From NCBI GenBank assembly GCA_021513695.1, contig CP084166.1, positions 608,001 through 672,000 of the forward strand: DNA of 64,000 nucleotides. Direction: 5' to 3'. The position numbers were made by a program, and so were the translations under genes. Under the pieces are notes generated by a model. That model did no database searches. It saw nothing but the letters and a program-made list of their open reading frames with translations, and was not told where the DNA came from. Below, piece after piece: positions 39,052 through 48,436 of the stretch (positions within the stretch are counted from its first letter, which is position 1; each line of letters begins with the position of its first letter). Source of the stretch: Candidatus Heimdallarchaeum aukensis. GTDB lineage: Archaea; Asgardarchaeota; Heimdallarchaeia; Heimdallarchaeales; Heimdallarchaeaceae.

Positions 39052-39930
39052 CTATAATTTACGAACAGTATTTTTTGTTATCTTTTCTTCTATGAAATTT
39101 ACAAGCAATTTTTCTAACTCTTTTCTTTTTTTTGCCAAAACAAAAACTCCGTTTCCTAGCATTATCTGACCTACATATAATTCAGAATAATCTTTGGATT
39201 GTTCTACTATCTCTTTTACTTTTGCTGTTTCCAAACCACATTTTTCAGTAAAGAATTGTATGTTCTTGGCAAAGACTGAAACAGAAGGATTTGCATATAA
39301 TTTGGACAGAACTTTTTTTCCAGCATTGATAATATTTTTCTTTTTTTCAGCATTTCGTATTATATCTTTAGTTTTTAGAGGACCAAAAGCTTTAGTAGCA
39401 ATAATATATTTCTCATCTTCAATCAAAGGTTCTGTTATTCCTATTCCCGGAGCTCCTTCTTTTCTTCGTAGCTCCCACCCAGCTTGATAAAGACCTATTA
39501 TATCTCCCAACCCTCCTCCTTCTTCTACTTCTGCAATGTGAGCTATCTGGAATATTTTTTCTTTAGATAAACCTAGATCGAAGAAATCATTTAAACAAAA
39601 AGATAAACTTAAAGCTCCTGCTGCACTTGCTCCAAATCCAGAAGAAAGGGGAACTTCAAAGGTATGAAACACATTTATATCTAGAAACTGTTTTTCTACT
39701 TTTAATAACTTGGCGAACTGAGTAAGTACATTTTCACTTACTTTTGCATCTTTTTTTTCAACTTCATCAAAATAAACATGATTTCCATCTTCTGAATGCT
39801 CAACTTCAGTTATTATTCCACGATTTATTGAAAAACCTGCTCCCTTCGACCCTACATATAAAGGGTTAGTTTGTTCATCACATATTTCAAATATTCCCGT
39901 AATATGTCCAGCTACCCAGTATTTTACCAA
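39052..39930 (-). CDS. GHMP-family kinase, archaeal pantoate kinase-like
   Basis: PLSSGFGASAAGALSLS matches the GHMP PxGSGLGSSAA ATP-binding motif. About 290 aa. Immediately downstream of ketopantoate reductase, as in archaeal CoA clusters. Confidence 0.55.
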   Translation of the reverse strand: MVKYWVAGHITGIFEICDEQTNPLYVGSKGAGFSINRGIITEVEHSEDGNHVYFDEVEKKDAKVSENVLTQFAKLLKVEKQFLDINVFHTFEVPLSSGFGASAAGALSLSFCLNDFFDLGLSKEKIFQIAHIAEVEEGGGLGDIIGLYQAGWELRRKEGAPGIGITEPLIEDEKYIIATKAFGPLKTKDIIRNAEKKKNIINAGKKVLSKLYANPSVSVFAKNIQFFTEKCGLETAKVKEIVEQSKDYSELYVGQIMLGNGVFVLAKKRKELEKLLVNFIEEKITKNTVRKL

Positions 39931-39969
39931 ATCCTATCAGTCCCTAATTATTGTATTTTCTTTAATTGC

Positions 39970-40977
39970 TTATAATTTTACTACCGATTGAATAGCCTTC
40001 AATTCTATAGTTGCTTGTTCTCTTGTTGTTTTCTTCGATTCCAGCTCAATTATTAAGTTTACTAAATAGTTATTCAGAGGTAAAGTTAATCCTAGATTTT
40101 GTCCTAAACGAATTATTGCCCCATTTATACTATCAATCTCTGTTTTTACCCCCTTATTGATATCTTGAAGCATACTGCAATAGTTTGCAGAAGTTACATT
40201 AATTACTTCAAGAACTTTCTTGTAAGCTTCTTCGAAAGATATTTCAACAAATTCTTGTGCGACAGGAAGAATCTCTTTTATTAACCCTTTAACAACCTTT
40301 AACAAAAATTCATTTTCTTTTATTTTTCCATTTCTAATTCCTAAAATTGCTCCAATGGGGTTTATACATGAATTAACAATAGCTTTCATCCATACATCTT
40401 TTTGGATATTTTTTGATATTTCACATTCTAACCCTGATTTGCTTAATATCTCTTTCCAAAGAAGTATATTTGTTTGATCAGAATGATTAACAGGTCCAAT
40501 AAAAGTTTGACCTTTGGCTGTTTCTTCAATTATATTACCATCTTTTCTGTTTGAACCTATAGAAGAAACGGCTCTAGTAATTTTCCATTTAGGATTAGCT
40601 TTAACGTAAAATTTTTCATTTTCTAGTCCATTTTGAAAAATAAGAATAGAAGCATTTTCTAACAATACTTCTGCTAAATATGGAGCAAGAATTTTATTAT
40701 TATAACTTTTTGTGGCTACAATACACTTTGAAATTTTTCCTTTAAACTTTTCAGGCAAATTAGAAAAAACAGTAGGATAATAACGTTTTGGTGCAATGTT
40801 TTCTGATAGTTTCACTGATATTCCTTTTTCTAGTGCAAGTTGAGTTCCTCTTTCTGAAGTTAGACTAATACATTTGAAAATACCTAAAGAATCAATCCGT
40901 ACATAAAGAACGCTTCCGATTGCTCCAAGTCCTGCAACTAAAAGTAAAGGTTTGTTACTCACAGATATATAATTCAA
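39970..40977 (-). CDS. panE: 2-dehydropantoate 2-reductase (ketopantoate reductase, PanE/ApbA family)
   Basis: N-terminal Rossmann LLVAGLGAIGS (GxGxxG). C-terminal SMLQDINKGVKTEIDSINGAI matches the PanE SMxQDxxxGRxTEID motif. Confidence 0.8.
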   Translation of the reverse strand: MNYISVSNKPLLLVAGLGAIGSVLYVRIDSLGIFKCISLTSERGTQLALEKGISVKLSENIAPKRYYPTVFSNLPEKFKGKISKCIVATKSYNNKILAPYLAEVLLENASILIFQNGLENEKFYVKANPKWKITRAVSSIGSNRKDGNIIEETAKGQTFIGPVNHSDQTNILLWKEILSKSGLECEISKNIQKDVWMKAIVNSCINPIGAILGIRNGKIKENEFLLKVVKGLIKEILPVAQEFVEISFEEAYKKVLEVINVTSANYCSMLQDINKGVKTEIDSINGAIIRLGQNLGLTLPLNNYLVNLIIELESKKTTREQATIELKAIQSVVKL

Positions 40978-41023
40978 TACATAATAAAAAATTTTTATTT
41001 AGATACTAAATATTAGTGAGAGA

Positions 41024-43123
41024 ATGAGTAATACTGACAAAAAAATAGAGATTTTTAATAATCTTTTTTTAAAAATCAAAAAACAGATAATAGATAACCA
41101 GAGCAGTTCTAAACTTAAATTTGATGAAAGAGAAGTATTACTCAACTCATTTATTGTCTCAATAAAAACTCTTCTTATCAAAGAAATGTTTCTTAAGGAA
41201 GAAAAAGTTGAGATAGAAAAAAAAATTAATTTGAATTACTTTTTCATAGAATTAGATAATATCTTTAGAGAAATATTTACCGATGGCTCTTTCCGAAAAG
41301 CTGATTTAGAAATCATTAGAGAAAAATCAATACAACAACTGATTTTACAATACTTAGAAAGCAAAGACTCGATAATTATTGATTTAGCAGGAAAGGATTT
41401 ATTCTCTCAAATATATGAAACTGCCCTCAACAAAAATGAAAAAGATCAACTAGGCTTATTTTATACTCCTGAAATTATCGTTAATTATATCCTAAATTTA
41501 GTAAATTATAAGACTGATTCAGAAATTGTAAACAAAAAGATACTTGATCCAAGCTGTGGTTCAGGAAGTTTTCTAGTCAAATCTGTAAATAGGTTATTAC
41601 AAGCGTTAAAGAAAGAAAATTTAGAAGAAAGTGAAATTCTATACAAGATAAGAAATGCTGTTTTTGGTATAGACATTGATCCTATAGCTGTTTTTCTTTC
41701 TAAAACTAATATCCTATTCCAGATTTTTCCTTTATTTATCACCCTCTACAAAAAAAGAACTTTGACACAATTTCCTCCTTTGCATGTTTATTGTTTTGAT
41801 TCTCTAAACAAAAAAAGTAGAAATAAAGATACAACTTCTTTTAAGATTATTAATAGAGAAAAAGAGTTTACCTCAGGTTTTGATTTTATTGTTGGAAATC
41901 CTCCTTATATTGAATCTAAAAAAATGGATATTGAAACAAAGAAAAAATGTATAGAGAACTTTCCTGAAATTTGTAAAGGAGCTTTTGATATATACATCTG
42001 TTTTATTCAACTTGGTTTAGACTTACTTAGTGTAAATGGAAAGTTAGGTTTTATTATTCCAAACAAATTTCTTTCTGCTAACTATTCTAAAGCACTAAGA
42101 AAGAAGATTATCTATGAATTTGACATTCTACATCTAGTAGACCTTTCTTCTTCAAATATTTTTAAAAATGCAAGTGTTTATCCTATAATTATTTCAATTA
42201 AAAAAAGGAAATCTAAATCCGAAGGCATAAAAAATAACTTTTTGATAAGTAAAGTAGAAGGACAAATTACGAATATTGAGGAAATCAAAGGAATACCAAT
42301 AAATCAATCTTTTTTCAAAAAAACTGTTAATAACTTTATTTTTTCTTTTCCAAATGATTTAGACGAAGCAGAACTTGTAAAACGTTTAATTATGACTAGC
42401 CCTTTTAAACTTGGAGAATTCCTTAAGATTAGCTGGTCAGTTTCTTTCCATAGAAAAGGATTAAGAGAACAATTTGTTTTTACTAAAAATGTTGATGGTA
42501 ACTTTAGAAAAATTTTAGGTGGAAAGAAGTTTGGAGGAAATTCTGAAGTCAAAAGATATTTGATACAATGGGATGGTCATTGGATTGACTACAATAGAGA
42601 AAAAGCAAAAAGACTGAATAATCCCTTTCCTCCATTAAGTTTATTTAACAATGAAAAAATAATCATCTGTCAAAATAGCAAAAGAATTCGAGCTGTTCTA
42701 GACAAAGAAGGTTTCATTTGCAAAGATATTTTCTTTGTAGCTAAAATTACTCCAAAGACGCTAAATACAAGTCTAAATTATGAAGTGATATTATCTGTAA
42801 TTAATAGTAAACTAATGAGCTATTTATACGATAGAATTTTTTCTAGTACTCACGTTTCAGGAAGATATTTACACTATTTACCAACTTATTTACATTCACT
42901 TCCTTTTCCTAAACTGTCTGAAATAGAAAAAAAACAGTTACATGAGCTCACGAAGAAAATAATGAAAAAAGAGATAACAGAAAAGGATTTTATTAAAATA
43001 GATAAAGAAATTGATAAGATAATTTACAATGCATTTGGATTAGAAAATCATGAAATAGAAATAGTAGAAAAATATGTTTCATCGTATATGTCTTTAAAAA
43101 AATTAAAGGATATAAGAAAATAA
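41024..43123 (+). CDS. N6-adenine DNA methyltransferase, gamma-class (Eco57I/TaqI-like) with C-terminal target-recognition region
   Basis: Motif X LGLFYTPEIIV, motif I ILDPSCGSGSFLV and motif IV FDFIVGNPPYI in gamma-class order. No recognisable endonuclease domain. Confidence 0.85.
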   Translation: MSNTDKKIEIFNNLFLKIKKQIIDNQSSSKLKFDEREVLLNSFIVSIKTLLIKEMFLKEEKVEIEKKINLNYFFIELDNIFREIFTDGSFRKADLEIIREKSIQQLILQYLESKDSIIIDLAGKDLFSQIYETALNKNEKDQLGLFYTPEIIVNYILNLVNYKTDSEIVNKKILDPSCGSGSFLVKSVNRLLQALKKENLEESEILYKIRNAVFGIDIDPIAVFLSKTNILFQIFPLFITLYKKRTLTQFPPLHVYCFDSLNKKSRNKDTTSFKIINREKEFTSGFDFIVGNPPYIESKKMDIETKKKCIENFPEICKGAFDIYICFIQLGLDLLSVNGKLGFIIPNKFLSANYSKALRKKIIYEFDILHLVDLSSSNIFKNASVYPIIISIKKRKSKSEGIKNNFLISKVEGQITNIEEIKGIPINQSFFKKTVNNFIFSFPNDLDEAELVKRLIMTSPFKLGEFLKISWSVSFHRKGLREQFVFTKNVDGNFRKILGGKKFGGNSEVKRYLIQWDGHWIDYNREKAKRLNNPFPPLSLFNNEKIIICQNSKRIRAVLDKEGFICKDIFFVAKITPKTLNTSLNYEVILSVINSKLMSYLYDRIFSSTHVSGRYLHYLPTYLHSLPFPKLSEIEKKQLHELTKKIMKKEITEKDFIKIDKEIDKIIYNAFGLENHEIEIVEKYVSSYMSLKKLKDIRK

Positions 43124-43287
43124 CAGTTAACTGTTGTATAAGCTAATTTCTGCTTATAATGCAAAAATTCTATCTGATTATTTTTCAATGTCCTATCGTT
43201 ACTTATAATTTAAAAAGGTAAAAAATTAAAGGATTAAATGATTATTTCTCAAAATTAAAAAAAAGAGAAATAAATTATAAAAGAGTA

Positions 43288-43817
43288 TTAACTCATATCT
43301 TTGTTTACTTTCTCTGTAACTTTATCTAAAACTCCTACCTATTAGTTTATCTTTATTATATAGCTCTATTTCTTCTTTGACAGTAAGTGGGCTTTCTTGT
43401 GATAAATCTTGTTTATTTATAAGAATTAACAATGGTTTTCTGCTATCCACTATTAAAAACATGTAATCCAAAGAAAAAACGAGAAACTTCAAACGCATCA
43501 CTTTCAGATGAAGGTTTTATTGTTCCATCAATAACATAAATAACTGCATCGGCTTGAGTTACTCCTAAAGCCAACAGACTTTCCCGATAAAGTTCTTGTC
43601 CTCCTACATCGATAGCTGATAACTCCCAATCAGCAATTTTTATAGGTTGTTACCTAATATCTATCCCAAGAGTAGTACGTGGATCATCTAACACTGATTT
43701 TCCCGTCTCTAACTATCTAACAAGAGTAGTTTTTCCCGCACCAAAAGCTCATAATAATACAATATTTGCTTCTTTAGAAATATTTTTCTTTAAAAAAATG
43801 CTTCCTAACCAACTCAT
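43288..43817 (-). pseudogene. decayed Arf/Arl-family small GTPase gene (three in-frame stops and at least two frameshifts)
   Basis: Hand translation of the minus strand gives MSWLGSIFLKKNISKEANIVLL*AFGAGKTTLVR*LETGKSVLDDPRTTLGIDIR*QPIKIADWELSAIDVGGQELYRESLLALGVTQADAVIYVIDGT.... A frameshift then continues as ...LIVDSRKPLLILINKQDLSQESPLTVKEEIELYNKDKL. The segments include an Arf-like N-terminal amphipathic helix, a P-loop, DVGGQ and NKQD. Confidence 0.6.
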
Positions 43818-43939
43818 TAAGCTCAGCTAAAAATTTAATCACTATTTTAAAAACATTCTTTCTTTCCAAATCACTAGTTTATCTGTTGTTTCATTTATTT
43901 CGGAAAAAGTTAAAATCATAAAAATATAAATTGTAATTA

Positions 43940-45670
43940 ATGTCAAAAAACCAAAGTAACTTAGATACTAATCTTAAACAAAAGAAAGAGCTGAATAGCG
44001 AAAAAAAGAAATCTACAAAAAAGAATAGTAAAAACAAAGAAAAATGGTATATTAGATGGTCATTCAACATTTTATCAGTTTTTTTTGCAATTATCTCATT
44101 GATTGGTAGTTTTATTTTACTAATTTACGACATTTTTGTTCCTCGAACATTAAGAGAACTAGTTCCGATTTTGAATATGTTTAGAAAATATATCTTAATT
44201 GCAGCAGAACTTTTTTCGGGTAAAAAAAGCAAAGAAGTAGCAGAAGTTGTTTCAGAGCTAGAAGAGATAAAAATGAAAGAAGAAAAAATAATGAAGAACT
44301 ATCCTATTCGTCGAGGAATAGGAGAGGCTATTAACCTTGGTCTTCATCCCGTAATCATTTTTGCTATTCCAACAGCAATATGGGGAAAAAATCTTCATCA
44401 ATTGTTTGAAAGTTGGGGAATACCTGTTTCATTAGGCATATTATTGTTTGGAACAGGTCTATTATGTATTTCTTGGATAGCTACCATATTTGGGCCTATT
44501 TACGCATTATTTCATGAGTGCAGTATCTTTATGCTCAAAAGAGGGTCTTATCGTTGGGCAGAATTTTTTCAAGATTTAGAGAACCTTTTTGCTTTACCTT
44601 ATTACACTGCGAGGTCTAGTTTCAGCATTCTTGATGCTCCACCTATCTCTGCTGAAACTCTTGAAGAATTCAAGCTTGATATAATGGATGACATCGGACA
44701 AATAAAAAATAGAATTGCAGATATTCTTTCTCTTGATGCCACTCAAGTTCCAGAAAGATCAAAACAAATGTTACAAGAATTGCTAATCGAAACTCAACAA
44801 TCACTAGGTTCTATTAACATATCTGAAATAAAAGAAGTAACAGCAAGACAATTTGCACTCCTTATTTGGAATAAAGAAGGATCAATGTTCCCATGGAGGA
44901 GAAATGAAGCTCTAGAAGAATTTGCGAAGAAAAACAACATGTCTGTAAAGGAAGCAAAAAAAACTATTCAACTCATTGCAAAGAAAGCAGTTGAAGGATT
45001 TACTTCTAAAGACTTGTATTTTAGTATAATGATAACTGGAGCTTTAAAAGGAATTGCTGAACTAGAAGAAAAATATAAACAATTCATGAGTGATATAGAA
45101 TATACTTCTACTGCACTTTCACTTTCTTTAGGGGCACAACAATACATCATAGATACTTTTACAGAAAAACCATTCTACAAGAAATTACTTAAGGTTCTTG
45201 TAGATAGTTTTATAGCACTATTCTTACCTTATATAATGTTACTTGTTGTTATTTTCAAATACTTTAAACATGTAGTAGGCCAAACGATAAGAAATATTGT
45301 TAGCATTAAAGACTTAAAAAAGAAGAAAATATTTAGGAACAAGATAAAAGAAATTAAAGAAACACTTTACAGTTCTTATCATTCAATAGGAGATTCAAAA
45401 TTTAGCCTAAAAGAGACCTTTGACATAGATTTTGGAGAATTTTTCAAAAAACTCGGTAAATTTTTCGTAAAAGTTCTACTTTTAGTTCCTCTCCTATTTT
45501 GGAGTCTAATAAAGGCTATCTACATAAGAATACAAAAGTTGTTGAGAAGAAGAACGGAAGAGGAAAAGAACAAGAGAAAGTTTGAGAAAGAATTAGCAAC
45601 AAAAACTTTAGTAGCAATGTACGAAGAACTCTATGAAAAAATTGTTTTAAGCAACTTGTACTATACATAG
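43940..45670 (+). CDS. hypothetical polytopic membrane protein with K-rich N-terminus
   Basis: 576-aa ORF with several hydrophobic helices. No recognised motifs. Confidence 0.45.
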   Translation: MSKNQSNLDTNLKQKKELNSEKKKSTKKNSKNKEKWYIRWSFNILSVFFAIISLIGSFILLIYDIFVPRTLRELVPILNMFRKYILIAAELFSGKKSKEVAEVVSELEEIKMKEEKIMKNYPIRRGIGEAINLGLHPVIIFAIPTAIWGKNLHQLFESWGIPVSLGILLFGTGLLCISWIATIFGPIYALFHECSIFMLKRGSYRWAEFFQDLENLFALPYYTARSSFSILDAPPISAETLEEFKLDIMDDIGQIKNRIADILSLDATQVPERSKQMLQELLIETQQSLGSINISEIKEVTARQFALLIWNKEGSMFPWRRNEALEEFAKKNNMSVKEAKKTIQLIAKKAVEGFTSKDLYFSIMITGALKGIAELEEKYKQFMSDIEYTSTALSLSLGAQQYIIDTFTEKPFYKKLLKVLVDSFIALFLPYIMLLVVIFKYFKHVVGQTIRNIVSIKDLKKKKIFRNKIKEIKETLYSSYHSIGDSKFSLKETFDIDFGEFFKKLGKFFVKVLLLVPLLFWSLIKAIYIRIQKLLRRRTEEEKNKRKFEKELATKTLVAMYEELYEKIVLSNLYYT

Positions 45671-45676
45671 GATTTA

Positions 45677-46645
45677 CTAATCTGGAAGAAAGTCAGGGTG
45701 ATAAACAAGTTTATCCAGATCTCTAGGTGGAGCGTGAGCTAAAAATCCATCTTGATAAGCCAGAGGGTAAAAAGTTCGTACTCTAGAATAAAGTGTAGGA
45801 TAATCAATTATCATTACAATTTTGTTCTCTTGTGTAAGTAATTTTAGCAATGAAGTAACTTCTTCAATCACATTTTTAGGTCGTTTGATATTATTTAGAA
45901 AATAGACATCTTCTCTACCTATCCCATCTATTGCTTGCCTGTATTCATCGCTTTCAAGCAGAACTTCACCATTTTGAGGAATAACTAAAAAGCTTGGTTT
46001 CTTTGATTTTGCGTATTTACTGATTGAAATAACAAAATCAATCATTTCTTCTTTAGCTGTTGGTCTTTCATCTTCATAATACTCAAAAGCGTCTATAATG
46101 TCTAAATAACAACCGTCAAAACCTGCTGCAATAATTCTATCTAAATAACTTTCATTTGTTCCAAAAATAATCCTCTGCCATTCAGGATTCCAATATTTAA
46201 CTTTATAATTGCCCTCCCAATCAGGATTCTCAACATCTAGCCATTCAGGAGCATTATCATCAGGTATTCCATCATTATCTACATCCCAGCTATTATCCCA
46301 ATAAAAACGGTATGTTTCAGCTTCTCCTATACTCATATAACTGAGAAGTATTTTCTTTTCATTTCCTTCTCTCATGTATGAAACTTGACTATTATTATAT
46401 TCTAGTTCTTCACTTCCGTCTGCAGAGTAATCAATGATAATAAGGTCGTACTTGGAATTTGAAATTTCTTCAATGTCAATATTTTGAAGCTGATAGGCAA
46501 AATCATTAACAATAAATCCATTAACATTAAATTGTGGGGGGTTTTGAGTTTCCATATTGGGAAAATAGAAGAAATAAAAGTACAAACTTGTAATTATTAA
46601 AGAAAAAACAATTAAAAATATTAAAAATATGAAACGTTTTTTCAC
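45677..46645 (-). CDS. membrane-anchored glycoside hydrolase family 114-like (endo-alpha-1,4-polygalactosaminidase-like TIM barrel)
   Basis: N-terminal TM. LSYMSIGEAETYRFYWDNSWD resembles the GH114 SIGEAExYRxYW signature. Family call is from memory of the motif. Confidence 0.45.
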   Translation of the reverse strand: MKKRFIFLIFLIVFSLIITSLYFYFFYFPNMETQNPPQFNVNGFIVNDFAYQLQNIDIEEISNSKYDLIIIDYSADGSEELEYNNSQVSYMREGNEKKILLSYMSIGEAETYRFYWDNSWDVDNDGIPDDNAPEWLDVENPDWEGNYKVKYWNPEWQRIIFGTNESYLDRIIAAGFDGCYLDIIDAFEYYEDERPTAKEEMIDFVISISKYAKSKKPSFLVIPQNGEVLLESDEYRQAIDGIGREDVYFLNNIKRPKNVIEEVTSLLKLLTQENKIVMIIDYPTLYSRVRTFYPLAYQDGFLAHAPPRDLDKLVYHPDFLPD

Positions 46646-46720
46646 ATGTGTGATATAGCTATTATCCTTTATTAGTTTTGAGAATGATTTTTATAGATTA
46701 ATTAATCCTCCAGTTAAAAG

Positions 46721-48052
46721 CTACTCCTCCGTCCTCAGATTCTCAACTTCTTCTGTCTCATAATTTCCTTCTTTTATAAATAGAAGAAAGAATGTACCTA
46801 TAAAATAGATAGATCCTGTAATGTAAAAAGCTAATTGGAAATTGAAGGGTTTATCGTATTTGTTTAGAATAACTCCTCCAATAGGTTGACTAATACTGTT
46901 AAAGGCTGTAAAAGCTAAAGCGTCAATAGCACTAAAAGTTGCTCTTTGACTAGAAGGTAAGAGATCCATTACTATAGCATTAATTAAAGGCCACCCAGCA
47001 TTCATAAAAGCCTGTCTAAGAATGTAGATAACAAGTACAACAGAGAAGGGAGGAATAAAAGCAAATCCAAAAATAAGAACTACAGCAATAAACTCTAAAA
47101 AGAAAACTGCTTTAGCACGACCAAATTTCTTAGCAAATCTTAAAGCAATGGCTGAAAGAATAGCAGTTATTAATGGAGCTAAAGAGAATATAAGTGTAAG
47201 TTCAGAAATTGTTCGACCATAAATTGCTTCAAAAAAGCGTGGAAGAAAAGGAATAGATATACCAGCTCCAAAAGCAATTAGAAAATCTGCTAGTACGATT
47301 ATTAAAGGAGTTCTATAGAATGATAATTTTTCTCTAAAGGTTTTACAGTTTTTATATTTAGATAAAATTAAAGCGTCTTTTTTCTTTTCTTCCAATATCT
47401 CTTTAGTCTCAATTTGACCTTTAGAGTGAATAGACCTTTTATCGTGAATAAAGAAACCTAAAAATGCTGCAAAGATTATTACTGAAGCATAGATTTTAAT
47501 CACAGGAAGAATAACTTCTTCAGAATAAAGATCACCTAAATACCTGTAGATAAAGAAACCTACAACACCACCAATAGCTGTACATAACTGTTGAATAATA
47601 GACATAATCGTAAAAATCTTTGTTCGTGTACCTTTAGTTGTACAATCAGCAACTAAAGCTGACCCTGCAGGCATCATTAAAGAATTAGCTAAAGCAAAAA
47701 GGAATTGAATTACATATAGATAGGTCAAAGAATTAGCAAAAAAGTAGATTATCATCCCAGCTATGAAAAGAAAATTTGAAATCCAGATGAAGGCATCTCT
47801 TCTCCATCTATCAGAAAGAATACCAGAGACAATTAATCCTATAATTCCTACTAAACTAGTTGTTCCAAAAATCAATCCTACATCTATGTCTGTACCTCCC
47901 CATACATACACTAAAAAGAGCGTAGCTATATAGAAAGGAGTTTGAACTAATGAATAAATTGCAAATGCTCCAAAATATAGTTTCAAATTCAGGTTTAAGT
48001 TCTTTAATAATGAGATTTGTGCTCTGATATTCGCCCCTATCATAGTCTCCAA
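46721..48052 (-). CDS. MFS transporter
   Basis: 443 aa, about 12 TM helices, and an MFS-like D-R-x-x-R-R loop (LSDRWRRD) between TM2 and TM3. Confidence 0.75.
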   Translation of the reverse strand: METMIGANIRAQISLLKNLNLNLKLYFGAFAIYSLVQTPFYIATLFLVYVWGGTDIDVGLIFGTTSLVGIIGLIVSGILSDRWRRDAFIWISNFLFIAGMIIYFFANSLTYLYVIQFLFALANSLMMPAGSALVADCTTKGTRTKIFTIMSIIQQLCTAIGGVVGFFIYRYLGDLYSEEVILPVIKIYASVIIFAAFLGFFIHDKRSIHSKGQIETKEILEEKKKDALILSKYKNCKTFREKLSFYRTPLIIVLADFLIAFGAGISIPFLPRFFEAIYGRTISELTLIFSLAPLITAILSAIALRFAKKFGRAKAVFFLEFIAVVLIFGFAFIPPFSVVLVIYILRQAFMNAGWPLINAIVMDLLPSSQRATFSAIDALAFTAFNSISQPIGGVILNKYDKPFNFQLAFYITGSIYFIGTFFLLFIKEGNYETEEVENLRTEE

Positions 48053-48170
48053 CTCTTCGTTTATATAAATTTTTTAATGAATATAAAAACGTGTGTTAAT
48101 ACGAATAGTTTGACTATTAAACCAATCAATTAAAGCTAACAATTAAAAATATACAAATTTCAAAAAAATT

Positions 48171-48329
48171 CTACCTCTCTAACCAAATTTCTAAAGCTTC
48201 ACGTATCGTATCAAGAGCATCCTCAATATTTTCTGCGACTAGATCTCTTCTTTCTAAAAATGGACTGCTAATAAATAGAATATTATCTTCATCTTTTGAT
48301 ATCAGAATTGGTAATTCTTTTAATTGCAT
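48171..48329 (-). CDS. small UPF0150/HicB-N-like protein (52 aa; below the ORF-track length cutoff)
   Basis: Hand translation gives MQLKELPILISKDEDNILFISSPFLERRDLVAENIEDALDTIREALEIWLER. It resembles the HicB N-terminal/UPF0150 pattern (..v.ededg.y.a.vP.l.....G.t.eEAl.n.kEAl..wle). Confidence 0.35.
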   Translation of the reverse strand: MQLKELPILISKDEDNILFISSPFLERRDLVAENIEDALDTIREALEIWLER

Positions 48330-48436
48330 AACATTTGTATTGTATGAAGATATTTAAACCTAAAACCAGTTACTCTTTTTCGGATAACCAAACTTAAATA
48401 TTGTTACCGTTTTTGCTGAATTGACGAGGAATTAAA

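Noticed and set aside
41024-43123. Type IIG restriction-modification fusion enzyme
   Set aside because: The region N-terminal to motif X is only ~130 aa and lacks PD-(D/E)xK-like residues. At 699 aa the protein is too short for a nuclease-MTase-TRD fusion.
43288-43817. Stop-codon recoding or alternative genetic code as an explanation for the three in-frame stops in the Arf-like gene
   Set aside because: All other genes in the window terminate cleanly with TAA, TAG or TGA, and the locus also needs frameshifts. Pseudogenisation is far more parsimonious.
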